Assembly: GCA_964035545.1 (NCBI GenBank)
Contig: OZ037769.1
Span: 11,500,633-11,564,632 of the forward strand
DNA length: 64,000 nucleotides
DNA from: Bugula neritina
Taxonomy: Eukaryota; Animalia; Bryozoa
Direction of reading: 5' to 3'
In this document: in pieces, positions 20,121-32,885 of the stretch
How the letters are laid out: each line of letters begins with the position of its first letter
Numbering within the stretch: the first letter of the stretch is position 1
Program-made: the position numbers and the translations under genes
Notes under the pieces: model-generated
The model's input: only the letters and a program-made list of their open reading frames with translations
Database searches by the model: none
Told to the model about the DNA's origin: nothing

Positions 20121-22731
20121 ATGAGCAGCTTCGTATACATCTTATCACACCGTGAGGTATACACTGTATATCATACATGTTATAGTTAGCATTGGCTGCA
20201 TGCGTTACAAGTACAACATGTATCTGTTTGGTCTCTCTGTAGTTCTGCTATGGTGTGCATCTTCGACACAGGCCCAGTTTACAGGCAGGTTGGTGCTTAC
20301 TAACAGAATAGTAGACTGATTACAAGTATACTGCTGGTAGGAAGAGTGTGTAGTATTATGCATGTTACATAATCAGATGCAGTACGAGTTGTGTCTGGTA
20401 GAAACTGCTGGTACAGCTTGTACAGAAAGCGTCAGCCAGGGCTATAAAAGTATATTATTTAAGTTCCCAGCTCAGATGCCATGAGGGTCATGGCAATGCT
20501 GTAGTGGAGAAACTCTAGTAGCCTAAGTTTGTTAGTTTTCTTTAAAAATATTGGGTTGCATGAAGAGCGGGTTGAAATTTTTCTAAGGGTTTAACGTCGT
20601 TTCCTACATTTTTAACGCAGGGTGTTCTCAGCTTCTTCATTACTGCACCTATACTTCTTTAATGGGTTATATTAGTGAGACAATTCTGACATATCTATAT
20701 AGAATAGCTCGGCACGCCAGAAAATGTCTCGTAACCATGTATAAGTAGATTGTGAATATCTGTGTGTATATATTGTGAAAATGCATTATTTTTACATATA
20801 ACTGTATTATTGTGCAATTCTGTGTATATATGGTGAATTTGTGTGCATATATAATGAATTTGTGTGCATATATGGTATATATTATGGTGAATTTGTGTGT
20901 GTATGGTGAATTTGTGTGTATATATGATAAATTTGTGTGCATATATAATGAATTTGTGTGCATATATGGTGAATTTGTGTGCATGTATGATGAATTTCTG
21001 TGCATATATGGTGAATTTGTGGGCATATATGGTGAAGTTGTGAATTGTAGGATATGATGTACTATAATATGTTGCATGCATTTAGTATGCTGTGTAGTGA
21101 TATGTCACAGCATACTAGGTATACACTGCGTTTCCATCATTCGCATAATGGGAATGGATGGTGTTTGGTAACAGTAACATCAAAGGAAACCATAATCATA
21201 AGTCTTTGCAAATACAATGACAAATTAATCTGTACGAGCATCCATTCGCATAATGCGCAGTCATGGAAACACAGTGATAGTTGCAGTGATGTCACAGCTT
21301 GTTCATCAGTGACCTCATAGCATACTATGTAGTATGTAGTGATGTCATAGCGCGCTGCATGTGCAGTAATGCTGTGATGTCATAGCATATACATACTGTG
21401 TAGTGACATCATAGTATGTGTATAGTAGCATCATAACCTAACCACATGGCATATATTACAGTGATGCCAGACACTGGTGTTGCAAAGTTGACGCTGATGA
21501 GCCGAAGCCCCTTCTCATTGAAACTACTATAGTGAAGTATGAGAAGCAGACTGTAAGTGTAAAAACTGGCTATCAAGGTTGTGGACTATGGGGTACTAAA
21601 AGATGTTCTATATATTCTGCTCGATATAAGTAAGAACTCAGTCTAAATATATCATTTATGCTATGCAAATGAGCTACAAATTTATCTGTCTTATAACATA
21701 TAATCTTTATAAGTTTAATTGTATATTTTGATTTTTCTTTGTGTTATACATTTCAACAGGTCAGTACAAAAGTATGCCACTTCCTATAAACAGTCTCCCT
21801 TCTTTGAATCTTGTCCAACTAAGCACATGGTCTGTTGTAACCAACATTCTCTCATAGCTGGCCAGTGTATCCGTAAGTATCTCGTAAAGTATCTACCAAG
21901 TTTTCTCCACACTCTTTAATCAGTACAGCACTACAGTCTAAAAGCAGACCAAGTCAACATCTGCAACTTGAAGGATGTGGTTTAAAACCTCTACACACTA
22001 TAAGGGTTATTTTACTTAATTTAGTACACACTGGGAATCTCCAGTTTTCAGCTATTTTTCACAAATTTAGCTGCTAATGGACAAGGGTTTTTTCCCAAAA
22101 TTAGTAATATATCAAAAAATACATTTAAATAATCAAAGTTCTTAATTTTTGCTTGATTTGCCATGTTTTTTCATATTTTAATTGCAGACTGTTATGGGAA
22201 AACCATAACGGTCCGCAATCGAAAGTAGCTGAATAATTAAGAAAAAGCATGGGAAATCAAACAATTAATAAAAAAAACTTTGATTTTTAGGTATATTTAT
22301 TGATATTTTACTAGTTTTGCGCAAAAACCCTTGTTCATTAGCAGCTAAATTGTAAAAAATAGCTAAGAACTGAAGAGTTCCAGTGTGTATTAAATCAAGT
22401 AAACTCACCCATAGCAAGCCGCACTGCATACTCTAAATTATGATACTATATATGAGGTGTTTAACACAGTTTCTATTGCAAAAAAATACTTGACTTACGA
22501 AAATCTAGCGTGCAGAAACAATTGACCTGCATGTATCCCACAAGCCTTAGTGCTGGACTGACTCTGCTCAGATAACTGTCACACATTTGTATTCACCGTC
22601 TTGTTGGAACTGAAGTAGATACATCAGCTGAATATTCATACTATGTTGCAGATCATGATACACTAAACAAACATATTGACGACATTGAGTTTCTTCACAA
22701 TCTTGGAGTGTTGCATACCGGAGAGAACTAA
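20121..22731 (+). CDS. Uncharacterised small secreted cysteine-rich protein (~145-155 aa)
   Basis: Phase-consistent exons 20121-20151, 20243-20284/20288, optional 20377-20411, 21462-21629, 21760-21872, 22652-22731. Product: MSSFVYILSHLLLWCASSTQAQFT..DARHWCCKVDADEPKPLLIETTIVKYEKQTVSVKTGYQGCGLWGTKRCSIYSARYKSVQKYATSYKQSPFFESCPTKHMVCCNQHSLIAGQCIHHDTLNKHIDDIEFLHNLGVLHTGEN*. Signal-peptide-like N-terminus and an even mature Cys count. Confidence 0.8.
20780..21050. repeat. 21-bp minisatellite
   Basis: Unit approximately gtgaatttgtgtgcatatatg, about 11 degenerate copies. Confidence 0.9.
22001..22413. mobile_element. Foldback (almost fully palindromic) MITE in an intron
   Basis: gggttattttacttaatttagtacacactggg..tttagctgctaatggacaagggtttttt is the reverse complement of aaaaacccttgttcattagcagctaaa..ccagtgtgtattaaatcaagtaaactcaccc. 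Central stem gactgttatgg/ccataacggtc. Confidence 0.85.
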
Positions 22732-23800
22732 AGATGGCTGACACTGTGCAGATTCAGTGCCATTTTGACAAAGAAATGCATGTGCTCTCTCACTATCTTT
22801 GCTACTAACTAATAAACATCTTTTGAGAAATATTAAACATGCTAAAATTTTGTTAAAATGTTGCTAACTATTTAACAAGTATGATTTATTACTTTTTACT
22901 TTGTGCATAAGGTCAGAGTATTCAAGTGAAATTGAATTCTGAACATCTGATGTCATAGGTAGTGGGGTGTTAGTAAGAAAACTGTACACTTTCAACTATA
23001 TGAACAAGCTATAGCTACGCTGAATAAAGTTTTCAAACATAGTACTGGTTAGATAAAAGCAAATTGCCAAGTTTGTTCCTCCAAAACTTAGATGACCCCA
23101 TGTTTTTAAGCTAGATATGCGAAAATCCGATAACCAAAGTCATTATATCATTGACTGCTGCCAGTATAATCTTTGATCTATTCTACTCTACACACAACTG
23201 TGCTTTTGACCTTGAAGTTTCTAGCAATAACAAATGCATGTACATATCCCAAAGTCACGGTTGAAATTTATTGTCAGTTCATGGCAGAAATTAGAAACTA
23301 TGCATTCAACACAATGCAAAAATCATAGGCATAGTGAAACTAATTACAACATGACACATGTAATATATATTGTCTTCAATGAAGAATCTAGAAAACAAAT
23401 AAAGAGCTTAAAATTTAAGAACGTAATATATCAATACTAATCTAACTGTCTAATAGAACTTAAGAAAAAAAAAACGTTAATATTAGATAAAAAGTAACCT
23501 TTTGTAAAGGTACAACATTAAAAAATGTATAAAATTACCTGAATACGTATCAGCTACTGTTTCATTGATTGTATCACTACAGCACTTATAAATAAGATTT
23601 ATAGATAAAAAGTTGCATTACATAGAACTATCGGCATTGTTTTCATTGAGTAAAGTAACATTATTTTGCAATTAAAATTTGTATTGATAACACTTAGTAA
23701 AGCCTCATAAAAATATATTCATCTTTTAGATAAAAATCATAAATTAATAGTGAAAAATCATTGTCTTGAGATAGGAGTGAAGATTGAATAAAATAATAAG

Positions 23801-26800
23801 TTAAATAGAGGAAACTGTGTTATTAGACAGTAAATTGATCACCTCGGTCATACAATCTGCTATACTGGTGTATAACTTCACTGCACTCGTCTCCTCATCT
23901 GATATCCAGGAGGATATGAAAAACACTATTCTAAAAATATATTTATAAAAAAATTGCAAATATGCAAATTCTATGCAGACAAATTTAAATATAACTGGAG
24001 TTGAAAACAAATATATGCAATGAATCAGAAATTGGCAGCAACAGTGCCATTTTTTAACTACCAAGTTTTCAACCCTGGGTTAAAAAAGTTTGTTGTTAAA
24101 AATGCCAGCAGCGGTTATGTTTTTTGTGATCCAAATACTTTAGACTGCAAAAAATTGTAACCAAATCAAAAAATCTTTTTATAATACATTCCTAGAAATA
24201 CTAGAATTGCACGTAGTGGACTTAGTGGGAAAAGTCCAACTCACCTTTTAGCACCAATTCGATAGAAACAGCCGTAACCATTTGAACACATTGGAGCAAC
24301 GCCACCATGAACGGATGTGAAGCCGACAAAACTTGTGGAGAGAGTAAAATTGCCATTACCTCCGCTAAATACATACAGCAAGACTTTGCACAAATCTCGA
24401 TAGACAAAAAAGTTATAAACCGTTCACAAGTCTCTACGCTGCATCATCATTATGCAAACATTGCATTCAACAATGTCCAACTTCAAACTACAACTAGCAT
24501 AAGGTCTAGAAACTCTCTACAGACTTTGTTACTGCTGATACTAAAGTCATCAGTATAAATTTAATCCACACTAATACAGTCTAGCTATTAAGGTAAAACA
24601 ATCAGAGGTTCCCAATGTCCTGCTTTACAATTAGGAGTTGTGGTCTCCCAAAATGAAATTTGTTGAGCAAAATAGACTTGAACTCATTTTTGTGGTATTG
24701 GTTGCTGAGCAATGCTGAAGTGTCACATCAGCATTGCTCAGTAACCAAAACCACAAAAATGCTTTCATTTTTATTTTCGTCAAATTATCCACAAAAAAAT
24801 ATTTAAAAAAAAATTTCAACTGCTAATATGTGTGCTTATACCAGAATATCTATCTCCTAAGATAAAAATTATATAGCATAGTTAGAATTTTAAGTAGCAG
24901 CCAAACTTTAATTTTTTAATGAGCTTGCTCTTTATACAAAGGTTCAACCTATTCACTTTGGGAGAACACAACTTTTAATTGTAAAGGGGACACCAGGGAC
25001 CTCTGAAAAGGGTCAATTGGATTCAAGAGTAATCACATAGAAAGTGGTTTAGGTTTGCACAACAGCTGTACCACTACTATTGAGTATGTGGCTACAGACA
25101 GTACCTTTTCTCATAAGCTGGATCAATAAATATATCTGGAATGTCAAAACCATTTTCAGCTGCCACTATTTTGAGACCAAACAGGTGCCTGTCAATACCC
25201 TGACCACTCATACACTCCCTCATCATACTCAGGTGCTTCTTCATGGCATTCTTGAACAGGTGGATCTTTTGAGAAGGCTATCGACATAATATATTATATA
25301 GTATATACTATATGTGTTGCATATATCATCTACTATACGTGCTACAGATGTTATACATTACATAAATTATATATTACATGTGTTTCATATATATTACACT
25401 GCATGTGTTACATATAGTATATAGTATATACTACACAAATACATGTATGATATACAACATGTGCTACACATAGTGTGTGTGTGCATGCGTGCGCGTGTGT
25501 GCGCACGTGCATTTGCGTGTGTGTGTGTGTTACACATTATATTATACTATATATTACATGTGTTACATATGCTATATTTTACCAGCGAATCTTTGTCCAA
25601 CATGACTTTAGCCCAAGCCACCACCTCATTAGTACAAGACCTCACAGTCTCTGTCCGTCCATTATAGAACTTTCTAGTAGTAGCTGTCTCGTACGTAGCG
25701 GCTGGCCTGAAACATTCCCACAGCAGTTAGTCTGCTCAGACATTTACTGTAAATTATGCCGATTTAGAAAAAGCCAGATTATATAAAATAAATGGACAGA
25801 AGGAACATTTAAATGCACACATAGAAAGTGTAAACTTTATCTGCTGGCTAACAAAACCAAACATAGATTTTAAGAAGATGGAAGAGTTGGCTCTACATTC
25901 ATCATTGCACTGGAATTAGCATATTTGAACTATATAAACATTACATCTATCTCTGATAATCTACTGCCTTATAATACCTTACAGGTTAGACAAGCTTATA
26001 CTTGGTTAAAAAATTCTCTGACTGCAGCTTAATTTTAAAGTTAATATGCTTAAAATAAATATAAAATTTTATACTTTAAGCTAATACTCCTAAAAATATG
26101 TGAAGTACCTACTTGCCATGGAGCTTGTAGTATGCGTATTGAAGACAGACTTGCACAAATGTATCAGGGTGTAGCTTCAATTCTTTAAACAAATCCTTTC
26201 CAAATGTGCGAAACTCTGGATTGATTATCTCAATATTTCTGGCCTGTCATTGCAAATAAGAAAACATTTAAAATATAGAGTTGACATCTATATAGCTAAG
26301 AGATAACATATTATAATAAACAGTTACTAGTAACTGTACATTACTCGATTACAGACTGTCGTTGGTGAGAGCTAATGACTGGCAGATAATAACTGCAGAA
26401 GACTACTGTTACATATGAACAGTGGGTTTTTACTGTCACTTATTCCTGTAGATATCCACTGTCACTTATTACTGCAGATATCCACTGTCACTTATTACAG
26501 CAGATATCCACTGTCACTTATTACTGCAGATATCCACTGTCACTTATTACTGCAGATATCCACTGTCACTTATTACTGCAGATATCCACTGTCACTTATT
26601 ACTGCAGATATCCACTGTCACTTATTACTGCAGATATCCACTGTCACTTATTACTGCAGATATCCACTGTCACTTACAAGCTTCAGATAACTGCTCTCAG
26701 CAGCTGCAATACCATCTTCTATCCTTTTATCAATGGTGAAATGAAGCTCATGGTATGATGGAACCTCATTCGTTTCTTCTTCATTTTCACCCTAAAATGA

Positions 26801-29800
26801 GGTTTTGAAATAAACACTAAATAACAAGGGCAGTATTTGTATACCTATGCATAAACTGGGCTAAGCTTAGTGGCTAGTAATCAGTTTATGTTCTGATGAA
26901 GATAAAAAGAAATGAATAAAATAATGGATAGCCAAATAAGCAGACAAAGCAGTGGGTAACTTTTGGTTAAGCAGTTCAAGTTACAATTATTATCATGTTC
27001 ATGCATTTCGTGTATTTAGATCTCTAACAGAGAATAGTGATCACCAACAGTTGAAACTTGCAATTTTACTTTCTATTGGTTGCTTAATACATATCTGGTA
27101 GAGAGATAACAAAACAACTAAATTCATTGCAATAATTAGGAATTACCTCCCCATACACAAACAGTTTACTAAATAATTAAAAAAAGCGTAGAAACGCCAT
27201 CAACTATAAAATATATATTATGTGAGATGAGAGAAAAAGTTTACCTTCCAAACACCTTCACATTCTATGAGTCGACAATCAGCGTAAAAACTGACATTTA
27301 CGGAGGTCATGGCATCCATAGGTGTGTGCTGCAAAACACGTAAACTAAAAATACAAACTTGTATAAACAATAATAAACAAAGTAATACAAATATATAAAG
27401 TCATGGTAGGAGCTAACTAGAGACAATCAACTCACATCACAATTGGAAACAGTAGTTCCATTCTCAAACCATATAGAGCTGTAGGATTTGTCATACCATG
27501 CATTTCCGGGTTTTCCAAGAAGTCCTTGCTGGGATAACTACAAACAGAATTCTATGTGTGTCAGATGTTTACTAGTTTGCCACGAGAAAAGGTTCTGATT
27601 TACCAGGAGGTCTGACAAAGGAAGATGTACAAGATATAGAAGGAGCTTTAGCGCCCCCTCTAAAGTACAATGTTATTAAAGCAAGACCAGAGTCTACATT
27701 AAAGCGTAGAATCTAAGTTTATACAAAGTAGTTAATTTATCAACATGATAAATAAAGTTTACACCAGCAGTTAACGCAAAGTACTGTTTATTCTAGTTCT
27801 TGGCTAAAGTTACGATTTATTTATAGAATATGAATGTCTTGTATAATAAAACTGGATTTAGTTTACGCAATGGGAACATGTAACTAGTGCGAAAAGACTC
27901 TATGCATAGAAAAGTATAAAGCAGAAACCTGTGAAATACTTGAAGGCGTGTCATCCACTAGACTGCTGCCAATAATGGCTGACTGGATGGTATGCAGATG
28001 CTGCTCATTGGTGTGTGACAGCGAGACTAGGTGCTGCCTCAGCTTATACCATGTAGAGCGGTCCAGAGTGGTCAGCGAACTAAGTCCTGGGCCAGCTTCT
28101 TGACTGTATGCTTCTTCCTTGATTCTTGACAGCACATGCTTGAGTTGAGGCGGGGTGAATAGCCGCCCCTTACTGTCTAGCACGCTGTCTATTTTATAAA
28201 TACGTCTATTGCAGAATACCACAAGATGGCTGGGTGCTTCCCCTTCTTCATCTACAGAACATGTAAACATTGTAGCTGTAGCACCACAGTGTAATATACA
28301 GACTACACAGTATAATATACACACTACACAGTGTAATATACATATACACAGTATAATATACACAGTACACAGTATAATATACACACTACACAGTATAATA
28401 TACACACTACACAGTATAATATACACACTACACAGTATAATAAACACACTACACAGTATAATATACACACTACACAGTATAATATACACACTACACAGTA
28501 TAATATACACACTACACAGCATAATATACACAATACACAGTATAATATACACTACACAGTATAATATATACACTACACAGTATAATAAACACACTACACA
28601 GTATAATATACACACTACACAGTATAATATACACACTACACAGTATAATATACACTACACAGTATAATATACACACTACACAGTATAATATACACACTAC
28701 ACAGTATAATATACACACTACACAGTATAATATATACACTACACAGTATAATAAACACACTACACAGTATAATATACACACTACACAGTATAATATACAC
28801 ACTACACAGTATAATATACACACTACACAGTATAATATACACACTACACAGTATAATATACACACTACACAGTATAATATACACACTACACAGTATAATA
28901 TACACACTACACAGTATAATATACACACTACACAGTATAATATACACACTACACAGTATAATATACACACTACACAGTATAATAAACACAATACACAGTA
29001 TAATATACACTACACAGTATAATATATACACTACACAGTATAATAAACACACTACACAGTATAATATACACACTACACAGTATAATATACACACTACACA
29101 GTATAACATGCACACTACACAGTATAATATACACACTACACAGTATAATATACACACTACACAGTATAATATACACACTACACAGTATAATATACACACT
29201 ACACAGTATAATATACACACTACACAGTATAATATACACACTACACAGTATAATAAACACAATACACAGTATAATATACACTACACAGTATAATATATAC
29301 ACTACACAGTATAATAAACACACTACACAGTATAATATACACACTACACAGTATAATATACACACTACACAGTATAATATACACTACACAGTATAATATA
29401 CACACTACACAGTATAATATACACACTACACAGTATAATATACACACTACACAGTATAATATATACACTACACAGTATAATAAACACACTACACAGTATA
29501 ATATACACACTACACAGTATAATATACACACTACACAGTATAATATACACACTACACAGTATAATATACACACTACACAGTATAATATACACACTACACA
29601 GTATAATATACACACTACACAGTATAATATACACACTACACAGTGTAATATACAGACTACACAGTATAATATACACACTACACAGTGTAATATACATATA
29701 CACAGTATAACATACACACTACACAGTATAATATACACACTACACAGTATAATATACACACTACACAGTATAATATACACACTACACGGTATAATATACA

Positions 29801-32800
29801 CACTACACAGTATAATATACACACTACACGGTATAACATACACACTACACAGTATAATATACACACTACACAGTATAATATACACACTACACAGTATAAT
29901 ACACACACTACACAGTATAATATATACACTACACAGTATAATATACAAACTACACAGTATAATATACACACTACACAGTATAATATACACAATACACAGT
30001 ATAATATACACACTACACGGTATAATATACACACTACACAGTATAATATACACACTACACAGTATAATATACACAGTACACGGTATAATATACACACTAC
30101 ACGGTATAATATACACACTACACAGTATAATATACACACTACACAGTATAACATGCACACTACACAGTATAATATACACACTACACAGTATAATATACAC
30201 TACAGTAAGCTGACAAGCAGGGGAGGAAGTTACCAGTCTTGAAGTAGCGGCAGACGGTGTCCTCCTCCAGTCCTGGCTGCCGGCAGCAGTTGTACAGACT
30301 CCTAAACTGGTACATGGACCACGGCTCCTTTCCAGACCGGCCAGAGTCATGCAACAGCTTCTGTCTAACAGTAGAATGGTGAGCTGCACGCAAGATACTG
30401 GCAGTTGTACGGTTTGAGTGGTAAAAAGAAAAATCATTTCATGATAATGTAACTCAAACTTTTGCTGTTTAACCACAAAAAAGCTGTAAACAAATCAAAG
30501 AATCACATTGATGAGTTTATAGCTGAAAACTGAGAGAAAAAACACAGAAAAAGTACTAAATGAAGTAAAATGACCAGTCAGAGAGTTGAAAGATAGTAAA
30601 GGCAGCAGTGGGAGCAATATCAACGACCAACAGGGCATTATCTGATGTTATGTAACCGGAAATAGAAGTAGACTAGACACTGATCAGCATATGACTGCAG
30701 GCTGTAATATACTGCGTTTCCATTACTTCACATTATGGATGCTAATAGGGTGACACTGAGGTTGCGATTTGCATGGGGTTATGGTTGGGGTTTCATTTGA
30801 TGCAACTGTTTTCAAAAATGGAAAGAAAAATACATTCCCATAATGTGAAGCTTGGAAATGCAGTCTATGCAGAGTATAAAATACTACAGCTGTATCCACT
30901 AGTCACTGCAGCTGACTTACCTTTTTATAAGCTGCCAGTGCTCTAACAGGAAGTAGGTGGAGAGAGAGTTTCTCGTAACCTGAGTTCCCTTGCTGGGTGG
31001 CCACAGGTGAAAGACGTAGGGTGCTATACCCGTCACATTCATTAGAGGAGTGACGGGAATTCTTAGCTTTAAGTAGGCATAAGAGAGCCACCATTCCTCC
31101 AGCTGAAACACATTTCCAGATATTATATACTCAATCCTTCTGTACTATACTATACAGTATACAGTGTATAGTATACAGTGTATAGTATACAGTGTATAGT
31201 ATACAGTGTATAGTATACAGTGTATAGTATACACTGTATACTATACTACTACATACTATACACTATAATACTATATGCGACAATACTAAATACTATACTA
31301 CTATATACTATATTATTATATATTATACACTGTATACTATAATACTATACACTATACTACTATACACTATACTACTACATACTATACTACTATATACTAT
31401 ACTACTATATACTATTCTACTATATACTATACTACTATACACTATACTACTATACACTATATTACTATATGCTATACTACTATACACTATATTACTATAT
31501 GCTATATTACTATACACTATATTACTATATGCTACACTACTACACACTATACTACTAGACACTGTACTACTATATTATACTACACAACTATACACTATAT
31601 GCTATACTACTACATACTGTATACTATATACTGCATTAATATACTATACTAAATCAATTTATTAGAAAATATTACACTCATACTTCAACAACAGCTGTTA
31701 TCATCTTTAAAATTTAAACTTTGAATACAAACAGTAGCAATAAAATGATGAAATCCAGGCTAACAACATAACAGCAAGTTTTGTATCTCTTTTTAGCAGT
31801 TCAGCTCCCTAACTGGTATTCTTTCGTTCTTCACACGCATCATTTAGGAAACATACTCAACCAGCTAGGCCCCTCACCCAATTCCTTTTAGCCTTAGCTC
31901 TCTCCTCTAAAATACTTTGAAGCTTTGGTCCTTCATTCTCGGCAAACCTTCTTACAGCTTGCACAGTTTTCTCTATCTCTTCAGGAGTTAGGTGGGGCCT
32001 CACTAAAATATTTATGACACAACCATGCATTGTCACAAGCTGCCAAATGAAATAATCTTTTGTATTAAAAGTTTCAGGTTCGAAATTGTCACATATTACA
32101 TCACGAGGGAACACCATTGTATGAACTTAAATAGTGTTTAGCATGTTGAAAATTACTGCCTCTTTTGAATAGCAAACAGCCTAGCACTAAACATTTGTGT
32201 TTGAACTTTTAGCACACCTGACTTAACACGATAATTTTGTACCAGTCTATGAAGAAATTCATGACCAAGAATAACTGTAGCCGCTCTTTGTAGGTGCATA
32301 AATTTTCAACATTTGTAACCTGGTCAAGTAATGATTGAGTGAAAGCTATAGCAAGTGCATTTTATCTATAAGGTTGAACTATCTTAATGTAAAGAGATAA
32401 GCAGATGCACGAAGCTGAAATAGTATTTCCAATCTACTCCCCATTACTTTTCTACACATAGCATGTGTCTACAACATATCTGGTATCAAAACTGATATAA
32501 TATGACGGTGGGGAAAGATAAGCTCTTAAAAGTCGACTTTCTTAGTTAGCTGATGATTTTAGTTATGCAACCTATTGATTGATTTAATCAACTAACTGCA
32601 CTTTAAATAATAAAGCTTCAATTATGAATTAATGTAAATTTCTAGCTTGAAACTATACGAATTTTAATTTGCTTGAGGACTTGGGAAAAACAATTCTTAT
32701 ATAACCAAAATAGCATGTCTATAAGAGCAAATACCTGACTCCAAGTATTTGTTGAGAGTAGATTTGAGAGATGGAATTGGCAAAGATGGTAGCTGGTCGT

Positions 32801-32885
32801 CAAATTGAAATGTTTTGTCATTATCTTTAGCAAGGAAATACTTGCTGGGCATAAACTCATCAGGATATCGATGTTGCAAAGTCAT
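23801..32885 (-). CDS. CROT: Carnitine O-octanoyltransferase (choline/carnitine acyltransferase family), 13 coding exons
   Basis: Exons 32735-32885 (TFQFDDQLPSLPIPSL), 31878-32002 (RNW), 30921-31102 (LEEWW), 30234-30364, 27929-28251, ~27436-27537 (WYDKS..NCD), ~27245-27328 (catalytic HTPMDAM), ~26678-26792, ~26114-26244 (HPDTFVQ), ~25582-25706 (YETATTRKFYNGRTETVRS), ~25105-25278 (GIDRHLFGL), ~24245-24365 (GGNGNFTLSTS..GYG), 23801-23930. The SGGNGNF..STS and CDH motifs are CROT-type. Confidence 0.93.
26432..26677. repeat. 26-bp minisatellite (~9 copies) starting at a CROT donor site
   Basis: Unit tatccactgtcacttattactgcaga. The terminal copy supplies the gtaagtgacagtgg donor on the minus strand. 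Confidence 0.93.
28283..30206. repeat. 21-bp minisatellite (~1.9 kb) filling a CROT intron
   Basis: Unit cacactacacagtataatata with 19-bp variants and recurring variant blocks. It is the source of the spurious CILYCVV ORFs. Confidence 0.97.
31141..31650. repeat. Low-complexity tatac/actat repeats (13- and 15-bp units)
   Basis: agtatacagtgtat and actatactactatac arrays, intronic in CROT. Confidence 0.85.

Noticed and set aside
28209-30476. Long Cys/Ile/Val-rich ORFs (up to 411 aa)
   Set aside because: They are translations of the stop-free 21-bp minisatellite inside a CROT intron. Only 27929-28251 and 30234-30364 are real exons.
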